DNA from: the human T2T-CHM13v2.0 reference genome, Homo sapiens
Direction: 5' to 3' (one strand)
Assembly (NCBI RefSeq): GCF_009914755.1
Contig: NC_060936.1
Length of the DNA stretch: 64,000 nucleotides
Shown here: positions 43,680 to 57,892 of the stretch, one piece after another
Numbering within the stretch: position 1 is the stretch's first letter
How the letters are laid out: each line of letters starts with the position of its first letter
The notes under the pieces: generated by a model
Told to the model about the DNA's origin: nothing
What the model saw: the letters and a program-made list of their open reading frames with translations, nothing else
Databases searched by the model: none
Translations under genes and position numbers: made by a program

Positions 43680-44290
43680 ATTATTTATCAAATACAATGC
43701 TAGGCTAAGCCTGAAATGTGTTATAGCATTAATCTTCACAACAGCCTGATGCGATAGATAATAAATAATAAAGATGTCTCTTTTTATTATGCTTTTTCCT
43801 TTTTAAGGTAAACAATCTGAAATTGAGAGAAGGTAAGTAACTTACCCAAGGTCATACCGAGTGCTGGTGCCGTTTTTTAAAACCTGGAATGACTGACCCC
43901 CACAGTCCAGTCTCTGACCTCTGTGCTATTCTGCCCTATTTGTGCTGAAATGTTACCAGTCACTGAAACTGCATAGATGAGCAAGACCTAATTCTTGCCC
44001 CCGTGTAGTCCATTGTCTAAAGCAAGAGGGAAGCCAGAGCCTGTCTACAGCTTAGCTCTGGAGTCAGGCTATCTGGGCTCAGATTCTGGCTCTACCACTT
44101 AGTAGCTGAATAACTGTTGACAAGTTACTAAACCTTTCTGTGCTTCAGTTATCTTGCTTATGAAATGGGGATAAAAATTTTCAGGGTTACTGCAAGGATT
44201 AAGTGAGATAATACATGTGAAGCACTTGGAATTGTACGTGGCAGTGCACACAGCAAGTGCTCAATAATGCTAGCAGCTATCATTACTATC
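43680..44290. mobile_element. Two MIR SINEs in opposite orientation (about 43680-43935 minus, about 44040-44290 plus)
   Basis: aaggtaagtaacttacccaaggtcatac, and ctggctctaccacttagtagctg...caagttactaaacctttctgtgcttcagtt. Confidence 0.75.
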
Positions 44291-45211
44291 CTTGGTCATT
44301 ATTACTGAGGTCGGCCGAGACCAACTGGGCTGTCATACCCACTGAAGGAACAAGACTAGTTTGAGGATCTCGAAGGGACTCCTCCCATTCACAAAATGTG
44401 GGTAGATGAAGGGCCTGTTTGGGACAATTACTTGGAAATTTCCTGGTGCTTAGCTACCACAGCTCTGAAGAAGTTGCTTTTCTCCCAAGGACATATAGTG
44501 CCTCTCAAGCTCAGCATGTCTCCTTCTTCCCATCCAACATTAATATCCCATTTTGGCCAGGGCTTTAATTTATTTTTTCTCACTAACCAGAGACAATGAT
44601 TTTGGTCCTACAGTTTATTTTTAGTTTATTAGGAAATAGAATAATTATGGAGTTGTAACCAGATCCTACACTTTTTAGGCAAATCTACTAATTTGGAGAA
44701 CTGAGTTCGTGTATTAGCTGTGACATAAACTAATATCAGCAAACCATTATACCTCACTGAACCTCAGTTTCTTTTTGTGTATAAAATGAGAATTGGATGT
44801 ATAGTTTGCAAGACTACTTTCCTTTCTAAAATTCATTTAACATGATTTTGTAATTTTGTTTCTATGTGTCAATATATAGAGGTCGGATTTTTCCCCAGAC
44901 TACAAAAACCTATATACTCCTCTGTCATACATGGTTATTAAAGGTTTTTAGGTGTTTCAAGAGCTGATTAGTCTGCCAGGAAGTGTGTTAACACTGTGGA
45001 ACATCTCTCAGTGTCCTCCCCTCATATTATATTAGTCACTTTCCTTCTATACCCAATCACTAATTGCAACTCCCTCTAATCACTTTTGGGAAACCTCCCC
45101 AGAGGTCTGTTTGAACCATACAGGCAGATAGATATTCTTTTACCTCAGTCACCTTTTAATTTTTGCTTTCTCATCTACCCATGTTTACAGGCAGATTTCT
45201 CACATTAGTAG

Positions 45212-45754
45212 TGTATTGTTTTTTATCATTGCCAAAAAATTACCCCAAATTAGTGGCTTAAATTAACACAAATTTATTACCCAAGTTCTACAGGTTAGAA
45301 ACCCAACACCACTCTCACTGTGCTAAATTAAGATGTCAACAGGACTGCACTCCTTTCTGGAGGCTCCAGGAGAGAATCTGTTTTCTTGCCTTTTCTAGCT
45401 ACTCAAGACTGCACCATTCCTTGGCTCATGGCTCCCTTTTTCCATCTTCAAAGCAAGCAATGGCAGGTGGGTCTTTACATTGCATCCATTCCGTCTGACT
45501 GTGCTTCCATCATCACATCTTCTCTGACTCTTCTGCGTCCCTTTTCTACTTATAAGGACTCCTGTGATTACATTGGGTCCACCTGGATAATCCATGATAA
45601 TCTGCCTATTTCAAGGTTAGCTGATTAGAAACCCTAGTCCCATCAGCAGTTTTAATTCTATCAGCTACCTTGATTCTCTTTTGCCATGTAATTAAAAATA
45701 TTCACAGGTTCTGAGGATTAGGAAATGAACCTGTTTGGTATTCTGCATACCACA
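45212..45754 (-). mobile_element. MLT1D-like MaLR solo LTR
   Basis: tgtatt...agtggcttaaa...ctggaggctccaggagagaatctg...ttctgcataccaca; 5-bp TSD agtag/aatag. Confidence 0.8.
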
Positions 45755-46462
45755 AATAGACGGAGACATCTTCTAAAACCATAGTTCTACCATCTAGACT
45801 TTATACACTGCTTCATCTACATCTTACACTTCCTAACAAGATAAAACAGTGAAGAGTTTTAAAGGGATCAATAGAGGCACCGGCTAAGAGTTGCCAAAAA
45901 TTTCAGGTTGGTGATATTAGGTTTGAAAGCCTTCTTCATATCCCCTATTATTTACAAGCTTAACAGATTTACAGGAAGAAGGGAATTCCTTGCTTTCTGC
46001 TCATACACTCCATCCTAGAATACAAAGCTTATTCCCCGACCAGCTGCCTTTTGTATGCCCGGGGTTACAGAGATAAACCAGATTCCCAGGTGCTCCACTG
46101 TAAGAGAGAATCAAAAGAGAGTAAACATCTTTGGTCCCTTTGTCAATGACAAGGCTTCCAGCAGGGCCGAAGTTGTTCCCTGCCGAAAAATATGAAATAA
46201 CATATTAGAAGCTCCTAGTAGAGTGCCTCGCGTATGCTAGAGACTTGGTAAAGAATATCATTATTCTTTATGCAATATCTGGTACACGCAGACAAAGAGT
46301 ATGGCTAAGAGAGAATTGTATAAGAATTATTTTTTCTGATTTGCCCTCTGTTTTATTAGAAGCTTTTTCAACACAATCTTTTTCCTATCAGAAAAATAAT
46401 GTCTTTTCATTACAGGATGTTGGATAAATAAAAAAAATTAAAAAGTAAATAAAGTGGCATGC

Positions 46463-47160
<698 letters not shown>

Positions 47161-48303
47161 CTTGCATATCTACCCCATAAACATGACTACTTTTGACATT
47201 TTCGTGTATTTCTTGCTTTCATTCTTGCTCTCTTGCCATCTTAGAGGTTTTTGGAGCTATAAGCAATGGAAATCCAAACTCTCTTAATAAAAAATGGACA
47301 TTTATTGAAAGCATATTTATGAAACTCAGGAACGTTAAGAAAGAATGTAACCAGTAACTGAACTGACAGCAGTAACAACTTATCTCTTCATTTCTCGAAG
47401 GCAGAATGTATTTCCAATCTTTATTTCCTTTTGGTGATTTTCTGCTCTTGAAGACTGGCTTTCTCAACTTTGGCCATGCATGTGGCTACCCCAGTTCTGG
47501 CTTTACATGGCCTTTGTATAGGTTTCAGAAAAGGCAACAAAGAACCCTCAAAATGCAGTGGTTTCAAAAGAAGTTTACTCAAAGAAGTTATCTCACTCCA
47601 GGTTGATAAGACAGGCCTACTCCCTGCAGTTATTCTGAGATCTAGATTCCTTACATATTTTTTTTGCTCTGTCACTCCCTAGAGCATTGCCCAGTTTGTC
47701 TGGATGAAGCTGGTTCAAAGGCATGCCCAAGTTACAATTCATGGGAGGGGGTGAAAAGCGCTAGTTCAGGAGAAATGGTTTACCTTTAGGAGACAATCCA
47801 GATGTTACATGTGTGACTTCCATTCATAGTCCTTTGACTTGAAATAAACCAGATAATTGTAGCTAGCTGCGAGAGGCTTGGGAATGTCAGATCTAGCTGG
47901 TCTTAAATGTGTCCAGCCACAACTGTGTTGCTATGGACAAAAGAGACTGGTGGACAACTGGCAGCCTCTGATATGACTTCCTAGTTCAAGAACAGAGCTA
48001 CACCTCCTCTGCCTCAGTTCCAACTCTCTTGAATGGGGCTCTGATTGTACTAGTTTGGGTAAGGTGTCTACTCCAGTTTAGTCAGTCCTTGTCTTGGGAG
48101 ACAGGATCATGTGGACTATGGCAACATCACAGGGGTTCCGGGAGAAGACTAAGAAGGAGCAAGTAATACAAAGTGCTCATCTGTATCTGAATATATGTGT
48201 TCCCCTCCCAAGTCTGGACACATACAAACACACAAATATTTGAGAATTATCTCTTTTTTATCTTTCTTTCCCCCTACATCAGTCTATGGATTTTATCTTT
48301 ATT

Positions 48304-48339
<36 letters not shown>

Positions 48340-48343
48340 CCAT
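48304..48343 (+). repeat. (CCAT)n tetranucleotide microsatellite
   Basis: About 10 units with one CCGT variant. Confidence 0.95.
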
Positions 48344-51300
48344 CCCACCTCCACATGTTACCTGGTTCATTGAGATTTAAGTAAATTTGGCTTGACCCCG
48401 CTAAGTCAGAGAACATAGTTCTCCTTTCCTCCTGGACATACATCTAGATCACAATTCCTAGCCTTTCTTACAATTAGGTGTGGCCATATATGACTGAGTT
48501 ATGGCTAACAGAATGTTGAACATAGAAATATCTTGCATGGTTATCCACTCTTTCTCTCTCTCCTACCAAGAGCTAGCTGATAGTCCAGGTTGACCTTGGA
48601 ACCCGTGTGATGTACCCTTTATCAGCCTGGGAACTTAAATAACTGTGTGGAGCAGAGTTCATACCTTGTCACTTGCCACCCATTGAACTCTAATATGACA
48701 TAGAAATAAATTTCTATTGCTTTAAATCACTGATATCTTGAGATAGCAGGTAGGGTTACCTTAATACGCTCAATAATTTCTGTCTTATAGGGTGTACAAT
48801 ACCCTAGCTATATTTTCTATCACTTCTTAGAAAAGTGATATTACATATTTTATGGTACCTCTCTTTTCAATTTCTTATTTCCTTAAAGCCTTGAAACTCA
48901 CTCATCTCTCAACTCCTAGAGTGATTCTTTTCTTCCTTGCCTGCACCAACAAAGGGGAATGTGCAAATAGCTATTGTCCTTTGATTTTCTCAAAATACCA
49001 TCATCCAAGGTATTTATATGCATGGCATAGTTTACCGAGGGTTCACAGCAATCTTAGTGAATTGGATATTTAGAAATCCATGTTCTTATAAGTCCTTACT
49101 TCACCTACTGTTGTGTTACTTCACTTCCTATTCCCTCTCCTCTTTCCATTTGTCTACTTTTCCTCCACCCTTTTTTGCTGAATAGTTTGTCTAGCCATTC
49201 TTTGGAAATTATTTTTAGCCTATCCGGGCTATCTCTGGAGAGCTTCCTTGTTCCCAAAAACCACAGTCACTAAGGGATCTTAATTTATTTTGACCTCTAA
49301 GCCAGATGCAAAGAAAAAACAAAAAACAAACCCTCTGGCATCCCTTGGGTTAATATGAAATGGCCCTTTAGACTATTGACTATGATGACAGAAAAAGTAT
49401 AGCAAAATCCAGGCGGTAAGCTCCTTTAGAAAAAAATCAGAAGAAATGGCAACAATGGGTGCACATTCTCAGATACAACTGAGCTGGAGCTGAGTTTTGG
49501 TTGTCTGTATAGATTGGCAAGTGCTCTTCAGTATGCCACAGATGCCCCCACTATCACTCTTCCATGTTATCTCTTATACAGGGATCATTTCACTCATTTA
49601 TGTCACTTGTCTGCTTCCTTTAGGCATATGAGCTTGCTACTTCTCTTCTATCTGGAAACAGTTTCTATCCTGTTAAGAACAAAGTGCTCAACTCTCAAAA
49701 TAACAAATGTTCTCCCCTGTACACATATACATTGCCCATTTTTCTATTTATCTTGTCCATGGAAGACCCAAAAGTAACATATAAATGTATCATAATTTAT
49801 CTATTTCTTTAAAGTTGTTAATTTAGGGTGTCTCCAAATATTTGTGTATAAGTGTTTATTTATTCTCCATGTTCACAGACCACATTTCTCGATGTAGTAT
49901 CACTTGATGAAGACGTATGAAGAATTCATAGTACCTGTTACAGATCACTAAATTGTTCTGAAAAGGATGATATCCATAATGGGTATCAGAATCTTGCTTG
50001 CAGTGGTTAACAGGGTTACAACTCAGTCTTCAATCATGGCTTCTAAAATATCTGGAGGGGTTTTTAAATTTTGAACTTTAATTTTGACTGAGTTAATTGT
50101 ATGGAATGAAAACTACATAGAATTTAGTATCTGGTTAACTTAAGTATAATTACATATGATAAACTATCAATGATGATAATGAGACCAGCATTTTAATTCA
50201 CCTTTACTAAAGAGTGAGTACAAACCTGAGCTAAACATGTCTGAGAGAACAGTTTTGGTTCCAGTTTTTCCTCCTGGTCCATCCAAGTTTTGTTGATTCT
50301 TTCCCATGTATTTCATGGTGTCCTTGTTCTACATTAGAAGGTTATTTCCTTCAAACAGGACATTTCTCACTATTTGCAGCAAATTTTTAGTTTCCTTCTG
50401 CTTCTTAAAACTATACAGTCTATTTTAGTGTTCGGAAGAGACTGGTATTCTCTTCTATCATGCTAAATACTTCTCATCTGCTCCATCCTACCTTAATGGT
50501 ATTTTTAAGGTCCTCTCCACAGTCTTTCTCTGTTCCGTGGATTGCCTAGTTATAGTAGTTTCATCTAGTATTTTGGATTTAGGCAGAAATATTAGGTCAA
50601 ATTGTCTAGTAGCATAATCGCCAGGATGTTTTCTCTGTCACATTGTTAAGTGTCACTCAGGACTGGAGCAGATCAGTTTAATTATTTAACTACTTCTTAA
50701 CCATATTCATGCAGCCTACACTGGTGAATGTAAAGTTACAATTTACTACAGCAAAACTCTTATTATGAGAAAAGCATTCCAAGGGAAACTTTAATGCAGA
50801 GATTCTCATCTATTTAGGAATTGATAAGCAGCCTGCCTTAAAGGAAAGTTTGTGGTTGATGCTCTTGTAACATTGTTCCTATTCCAATAATTACATGATG
50901 AGACTTTACACCAATAACAACAAAAATCAAAGTCACTGTCCAGTTCAACCAAGTCATGTTTTTTCCATGTTTATAAAGGATTTACTTTAAGAATGAATCA
51001 CTGGATCTCTGTGTTTTGCTTGTCTAAAGTAGCATCAGAAGTCCATTAATCTAATTCAATCAAGACAGTAGTTGGTTAAAGAAGTTAACTGAAGAAGTTG
51101 CTTAAAATAGGAATTATTTTAAAAAGACACATTCAAGATTTTACTTACCTTAAAAACATGTATATTTGTATTCACTCATCAATATTTTGATGGAGACCCA
51201 CTGTCTTCATTTCTAGTATGGATCCCCTGGTTGGAACTCTGCTTCATCTTTCTTGCATCAACCACACCCATAATTCATTGTCTGTGAGTTCTGGTTTTGC

Positions 51301-53005
51301 TTTTGTAAGTGAAGCAATAACCCAAAGACATGGGTAAAGCAGCCTGAGTGCTGACACCTTCTACGTTTTTATGATTCTTTAAAAATATTTTACGTTTGTC
51401 TCACTCACACCTAATCTGATAGCATGTTTCTTAGTGACTCACCTTTATTAAATCTTTCTAGCATTCCACGTGGTTTTCAGAGAAGCCACATTTTTGCATT
51501 CATATATCATTGACTTGTATAACGTCTCATGAAACTATGTCATTATGTAATTATAACATTGAATTTAAGAGGCACTAACAGTGTTGGAAACAAACATAAC
51601 TGACTCTTGGCAAGCATCCAACTCAACTGGTGGGAGTAGAACCGAGTGAGCAGACCAGAGAGCAGTCTTTGCCAGGGGCTTTCTCTCATCTTTGGGCTTC
51701 AACAGAAAAGCTTTGCAGAGAAAGGGAAGCATGTGGATAGATAATCTGGCAAGTTGGCTGAGTGGAAATGGGTTAAGAGAGTTCTACTGTACTTTTAAGA
51801 TCCTTATTAAATGCTTTATAGAACAATTTGAGTGCTATTTGCTATGATTTCAGTTAAGGTACGAAATATTTTGCAGAAATGCAGAATCTTTTACTTTGAG
51901 TTTCTGGAAAATTTTACCTTTTACATCATTGGCACTCTAACAGTACTCCTGCCCTAATCTTGGCAATTTCAATATCTGGATCGAATATTGGAAGGTGAAC
52001 TTTCCAGTACACTGACTTCTCACTTTCTTCATCTCCCCTCCTCCACCTCTCTTGTCTTCCACCCTTCAGGTAGTTCTTTATTCTCAAAGTCTATACCCCA
52101 TCTTTGTGGTTGTTGATACCTGCAATCTCTCCATAAGCTCTGTTTCAAACAACTGCTTTCTGCCATCACCACCCTGACTGTGAAGCTTCCTTCAGTAATC
52201 ACAACTCTAAAAGTGCTTCCATGCAGTCTTTCACTTCCCCTCACTCCCCTCTTGTACACATTTCCCTTCCTCTCCAGCTTCAATTCCATGGTCATTCATT
52301 ATTATTCCCTTGCCTGTGCTCTCGGCTTCCCTCATGTACCCTTTTTATAAGTTTTGTTTGGGAGAATCATAACCTGTATAAATCTAATTATCCCTCTACT
52401 CTATGGCTGCACCCATGAGACAGAATGTGATTGCAGATAAACACAGAACTATGTGATTGGTCTCGCTTTAAATTCGTGATCACTCACCTCAAGTGGGTCT
52501 TATGCAGCCTGACTTTATGTAGTGCATTTATTTTTCCATTCTCCTATCTGATTATTTCATACTTTCTCCTTTCTTATTGAATCCTCAGATCTCCTCCCTC
52601 AGTCTCTCTTAGCTGACCTTGCTTCCTGTTCCATTTGAAAAGTATAAGCAATAAAAGATACTTTCCTTATGCTCTTACTCAACACTGCTTGCCTTCTAGC
52701 ATGAGTTTCAATATACTCTGCCTTCTCTTCGGTTTATCAATTAGTCCCCTCTCTTCTTCATCGTTTTCTTCTCTGCTGGTTCATTCTCATCAGTAAATAG
52801 AAAAAGCCATTCTCAATCCTATTAAAAAATCAAAAACTCCTTTTTAAACCTAATTTTTCTCTCTAGCTACTTTCCCTTTTCTCTGTTCCTCTATATAGCA
52901 AAACTTAATAAAGTTACCAGAACTTCACATTGCAGGATCCAATGGTACTATTTCAGTCTTCATCCTACTTGACCTATCAGTATGTAATTTGGTCCAGTGG
53001 ACCAC

Positions 53006-53222
53006 TAATATGGTTTGGCTCTGTGTCTCCACACAAGTCTCACCTTGGACTGTAATAATCCCCATGTGTTGTGGAAGGACCCGGTGGGAGGTAATTGAAT
53101 CGTGGGGACAGGTTTTCCCATGCTGTTCTTGTGATAGTGAATAATTCTCACAAGATCTGATGGTTTTATAAAGGGGAGTTCCCCTACACATGCCCTCTTG
53201 CCTGTCGCCATGTAAGGCATGG
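53006..53222 (+). mobile_element. THE1C/D-like LTR, 3'-truncated
   Basis: taatatggtttggctctgtgtc...gagttcccctacacatgccctcttgcctgtcgccatgtaag, then an abrupt return to L2. Confidence 0.85.
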
Positions 53223-53586
53223 ACCTTCTCCTGTACCTTTGTCTGCTCCTGCTCAGTCTCTTTTGCTGGTTCTTTCTCATTTTCCTAACATCTTCACATT
53301 GAAGTGTCTCAAGATTTAGATTTCATCTATTCTTTATCTACATTCACTTCCTAGAAGATCTTAATTAGTCTCATGGCTTTAAATACCATCTAAATTCTTA
53401 TGATGCTTACATTTATACTTTAGCCTATACCTCTTTCTTGGTATATGCAATTCCTATTCAATCTCCCCTGTAACATCTCAAATTTAATATGTCCAAGACT
53501 AAAATCCTGTTTTCTCTCCCAAAACTTGCTCTTCCTGCAGAATTTCTTATTTTAGCAAATATAACTTTATCCTCTAAGTTGCTCAG

Positions 53587-54079
53587 TGTATCAGCTAGCT
53601 ATTGCATCATAACAAACCACTCCAACCCTCAAAGGCTTAAAACAACAATCATTAATTATTACTCACGTGTCTGAGGTTGATTTAAATTTGGCTGATCTGG
53701 GTTTGGCCAGGTACCTCTGCTTCAAGCTTCAGAGGGCAAGGCAGTTCTACTTCCTACTGCAGGTCTGTCAGTCACTTGAGCAGCTCTCTTACACCTGTTT
53801 CTTATCTTCCTAGAACATGAAAGCTGGTTAGGGTATATTCTTTTCATGCTGATAGAACAACTGTAAGAGGGCAAGAAATAATGTGCAAGGCCTTTTAAGT
53901 CCTGGGCTCAGAATGAGCAGGCAGTCACTTTCATACACATGTCATTCGCCAAAGTTAAATTTGTGTTTGAGTCCATAGTTACGGAATGGAAAAACAGATG
54001 CTGCCCACAATGAGGCCACGGGGAGGGCATGGATGCTGGGAAACATGAAGAAGTAGATTCAATCATTTGACTGATTACA
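53587..54079 (-). mobile_element. MLT1 (G/H-like) solo LTR
   Basis: tgtatcagctagctattgc...ggcttaaaacaacaatca ... ctgattaca; perfect 5-bp TSD ctcag (53582-53586 and 54080-54084). Confidence 0.8.
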
Positions 54080-57000
54080 CTCAGCCAAAATCCTTGGTGT
54101 CATAGTAAATTCCTCTTTCTCACATTCCTCTCCACCCCTACTACATCCAATCAGTAAATCCTATGGACTTTACCTTCAAAATATATCCAACTCCTGATCA
54201 CTTGTCACCACCTTCACTGCTTCCACTCAGGTCCCAGCCACCATCATGTCTAATCTGGATAACCGTAATAGTCTTCTATCCAGTTTCCCTGCTGCTATCT
54301 CTTTTTCTTGATCATATTTCTTAACGAGGTAACCAAAGTGGTCCTGTTAAAATGTCAGATCATGTCATTCTTTTTGAACTCTTCCAGGACCTTTCTAACT
54401 TAGGAAAAAAGCCAAAATTCTTACTATGGCCTAAAAAAGAAAGTACCGTGATCTTAATCCTATTCCCTTACCTCTATGATTTCATTGTTACTTTCTTCTG
54501 CCTTGTGTTGCTCCAGGCTTCTTGCACCTCTTGATGTTTTTTTGAAAATGTCAACCATACCCTTGTGTCAGGATCTTTGAACCTGCTGTTCCTTCTACCT
54601 GAAATGCTTTCGCTGCAGGCAGCAACATGTCTTATTCTCTTAGGTCTTTCTTAGGTCTTTGCAAAAACGCTATCTTTTCAGTGAGGCCTTAATTATTCAA
54701 TTTGCTTCTCTTCACTCATCCCCAAATCTTGCCATCCCCAGCATTCTCCATTATCCTTTCCTACATTGTTTCTCCATAGTACTTATCACCATCTAATATA
54801 CATATGTTTTATTTTTTGTTCTTTTTTATTTTTCTTTACTTGAGTATAAACTCTCTTCTTACACCTTTTATCTGAGATTTTTCCCCCATCTTGTTCACTA
54901 CTGTATCTCCAGTGTTTCGAAGAATGCTTGGCACATAGTAGTCCCCTAATAAATATTTTTTGAATGAAAGAATGATTGAATGAATTTTACTGTTTTATCA
55001 GTATTTAGTTTATAATGGACAGAAAGGTTACTCATTTGCTTATGTGTGAATAATTACCAGTAAATGTCTTAGGGATGTTTAACTTTTGAAATATTATTGA
55101 TTATTTATAGTTTTCTGCAGTCAGCTATGGATTTAGGAATTATTTTGCTAGAATATTTTTATCATTTAGATGTTGAAACATTGTTGTTAAAATGGTAGAG
55201 AATATATTCATTGAAATTATTTCTTTTCACCTGAACTTCATTTTTATTTTTTCTTCTTTTTGTTTAATCCATATTATTTACTCTGAAGGGCACAGAATCT
55301 ATGTGGTTTTTCCCTTTTGTAAAATGACCGTTTTTGGAATTTCAGCAAAAATGACCTCAGTTGTAGAAATAAGTAAGTTTAATTCTCCGTTAGATTTTGA
55401 GATGATTAAGATTGAGAACAGATCAGATTTTTTATCTGTTATTTTTTCAGCTTTAAACATTTATTTTCAAGCTAGTTTATTTTTCTAAGCCCCCCTACTT
55501 TTTTCCTCCACTGAGGGCAAAGTAAGTTTTTTACTTTGCAGAAATGTGCCAGGAGCATCCTGCAAAATCACTGAGGAAGCTTATCCATTGCCATTAATTT
55601 TGGAAGATTCATGGAGCTCTGAAAAGACATAAAAAGTCTGTGCTAGGAAGGTGGTTATTATTGTTTACTTTTCTTTCCTTTCATATGCAAGGGGAAGGTG
55701 GGCATATTGCCTCAGTTTTAATGATAGTGAGACATGATCAGAGATCATGATATTCTTCTCAAGCTCGAATGGGAGGGAGTGACTGCTCATCCAAGAAAAT
55801 AGAGGCTGGTCTGCAGTCAGAATTATGTGTGCCTGGATTAAATGAATTGGCATAGGTCTCCCAGTGTATATCAATAAGTTTACTTTCCTTTGTATATTTT
55901 ACAAAGTTCCTTTCATTTCTTTTACTTTATGAAAGGTGATTGAAGTAGAGGTTTAAAAGAACTAAATATATTGCTGCAATTCTCTACAACTATTATATTT
56001 CCTTCTGTATGTCAGGCTGGAGACAATTATCAATAAAATGTACAGAATTATTATTTAGCACTGGCATACCACTTCTCATGCACATTTGTAAAGGCACAGG
56101 AGATGTGTTGGGTTCGGTTTTTCAAGCCTTTATAAATAGCTCTTTTGATCTTTGATTGTTTTCATTCAAATTTAAATGTTTTAAAATTCATTTTTAATCT
56201 TCAATTTGTGTAGGAAACAAAATCCTCATTATGCTGCTTCTTCATGTTCCACATCCCAAAGGAGGATTTTTCTCTTTTTTTTTTGGGAGCAATGCATAAT
56301 CTTGTTTTATTTATTTTTTCCTCCAAAATCATCAAATGAAAATTTCTCTTTATATAAAAAAATTGAACTTAAATGATGTCATTTTTAATGGCTGGCATAT
56401 ATTAAGAAAAATACTTTACATGTGGTATTTAATTAATCTCATTCCTAAAATAAAAGCAAAAGATCAGTGGGTCTGTGAGAATGAATAGTGACTTTAGTGT
56501 TTTCTTACAGAAACGTTTTCAGTTTGTCAATATGATCTTCTCACATTTTCTTTGGGGCCCAGTGATCCTTTGTCCCCACGTCTCTTCCAGAAAATAAATA
56601 GGAGACTCCACCTTAAAGAAGCAAATAAGAAGGAAAATGAATGGACATATAACCATGTACATACTTTGCAGATATTTCCAAAGTTAATTTCTCCCCAAGG
56701 AAGGGCAGTAAGCAGTCATTCACTTTGGAAGGTCAAAGTCTTATTTTTAGTCATTTAAAATGGGAATGTTAATAAGAATACAATTAGAGTAAACAGCAGT
56801 CTATAGCCCATGTGAGAATCATCAAAGTTATGAACAAGAGGAGGCATTTAAGTGATAAACACAATTGCTGAAATCGGGTTGCGGAGATAAAAGGAGATTA
56901 GACTGAGAACATGCTGTGGGATTTTAATCAGATCTTTTTTTTTTTTTACAACATTCCACCTCCCATTTCCTTCTAGCCCAAGTATTGGGCAAACTATGGT

Positions 57001-57529
57001 CATCCTCTTAGGCTAGAGGACAGGGCGTGTAAAGCTTCATAAAGATAGTGAATATCCACTGTCCCTTTCCACTTCCCACCTATGACAACCTATTGACCCA
57101 GCCACTCCTGGTGGGTTACAATCCTTGCTGTAGCTACACCCACATGCCTAGGAGGGAGAACCATTTTCCTCCACGTGAGGGCATACAGGGTGTGAAGTGC
57201 TGTTAAGACTTTCTCTACCTCAGGGGAAAGCTAAAAGGGATTGGTTGGACCTCAGCACACCTTTTTTAAAATGTAAAAGCACTAGGATAGGCACTATTAT
57301 AGAAAGAGGTTTTAAGTTTCTGCTTTTAGAGATTGTCAATGAAAACATTCAGTTAATCAACAGCTATTCACTGAGGCTTATTTTGTTTTCATGTTCAGAG
57401 TTTTCACATCTGCTGTCATATGGCTACACCAGGACATTGAAGGCACAAGGAAGTTCTTATTCTGCATCATTTAGACTTCACTTGTCTGAAGGCGAGATGC
57501 CGCACCCAGTCTGCAGAGCCAGGAGACAG

Positions 57530-57730
57530 CTGGCTGGTAAAGAATGTGGCCTCTGTAGTCACATTGCCTGGCTTTGAGTCCCAGTTCTCTTGCTCGCAAG
57601 CTGTGGGACTTTAGTAAGTCAATGAATCTCTCTGTGCCTCAGTTTCCTCATCTGTAATATGGGGGACATAATATCTCCCTCATGGGTTTGAGGTAAAATT
57701 CTTAGAACAGTGTCTGACACATTGTAGCTC
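57530..57730 (+). mobile_element. MIR SINE
   Basis: tctctctgtgcctcagtttcctcatctgtaatatgggg core. Confidence 0.85.
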
Positions 57731-57892
57731 AGGAGCTGTGAGTGGAGGAGGCTGAGACTAAGAATGATTCTACTTTTTATTTAATGTGAGATGTGACTGA
57801 ACCATATAAAATTAAAGTGACTCATTAAAAAGTGCTACAGCAGCCGTGAATTTTATTCCACCCCAATACTTAGGTGTAAGATATTTCTTTTA

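Larger units (their letters stand above)
51930..54985 (+). mobile_element. Long L2 relic (ORF2 3' part to tail) with nested THE1 and MLT1 LTRs
   Basis: Pyrimidine-rich L2 body (agtctcatggctttaaataccatct, catctcaaatttaatatgtccaa, tttaccttcaaaatatatcc) ending aataaatattttttgaatgaaagaatgattgaatgaa. Confidence 0.85.
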
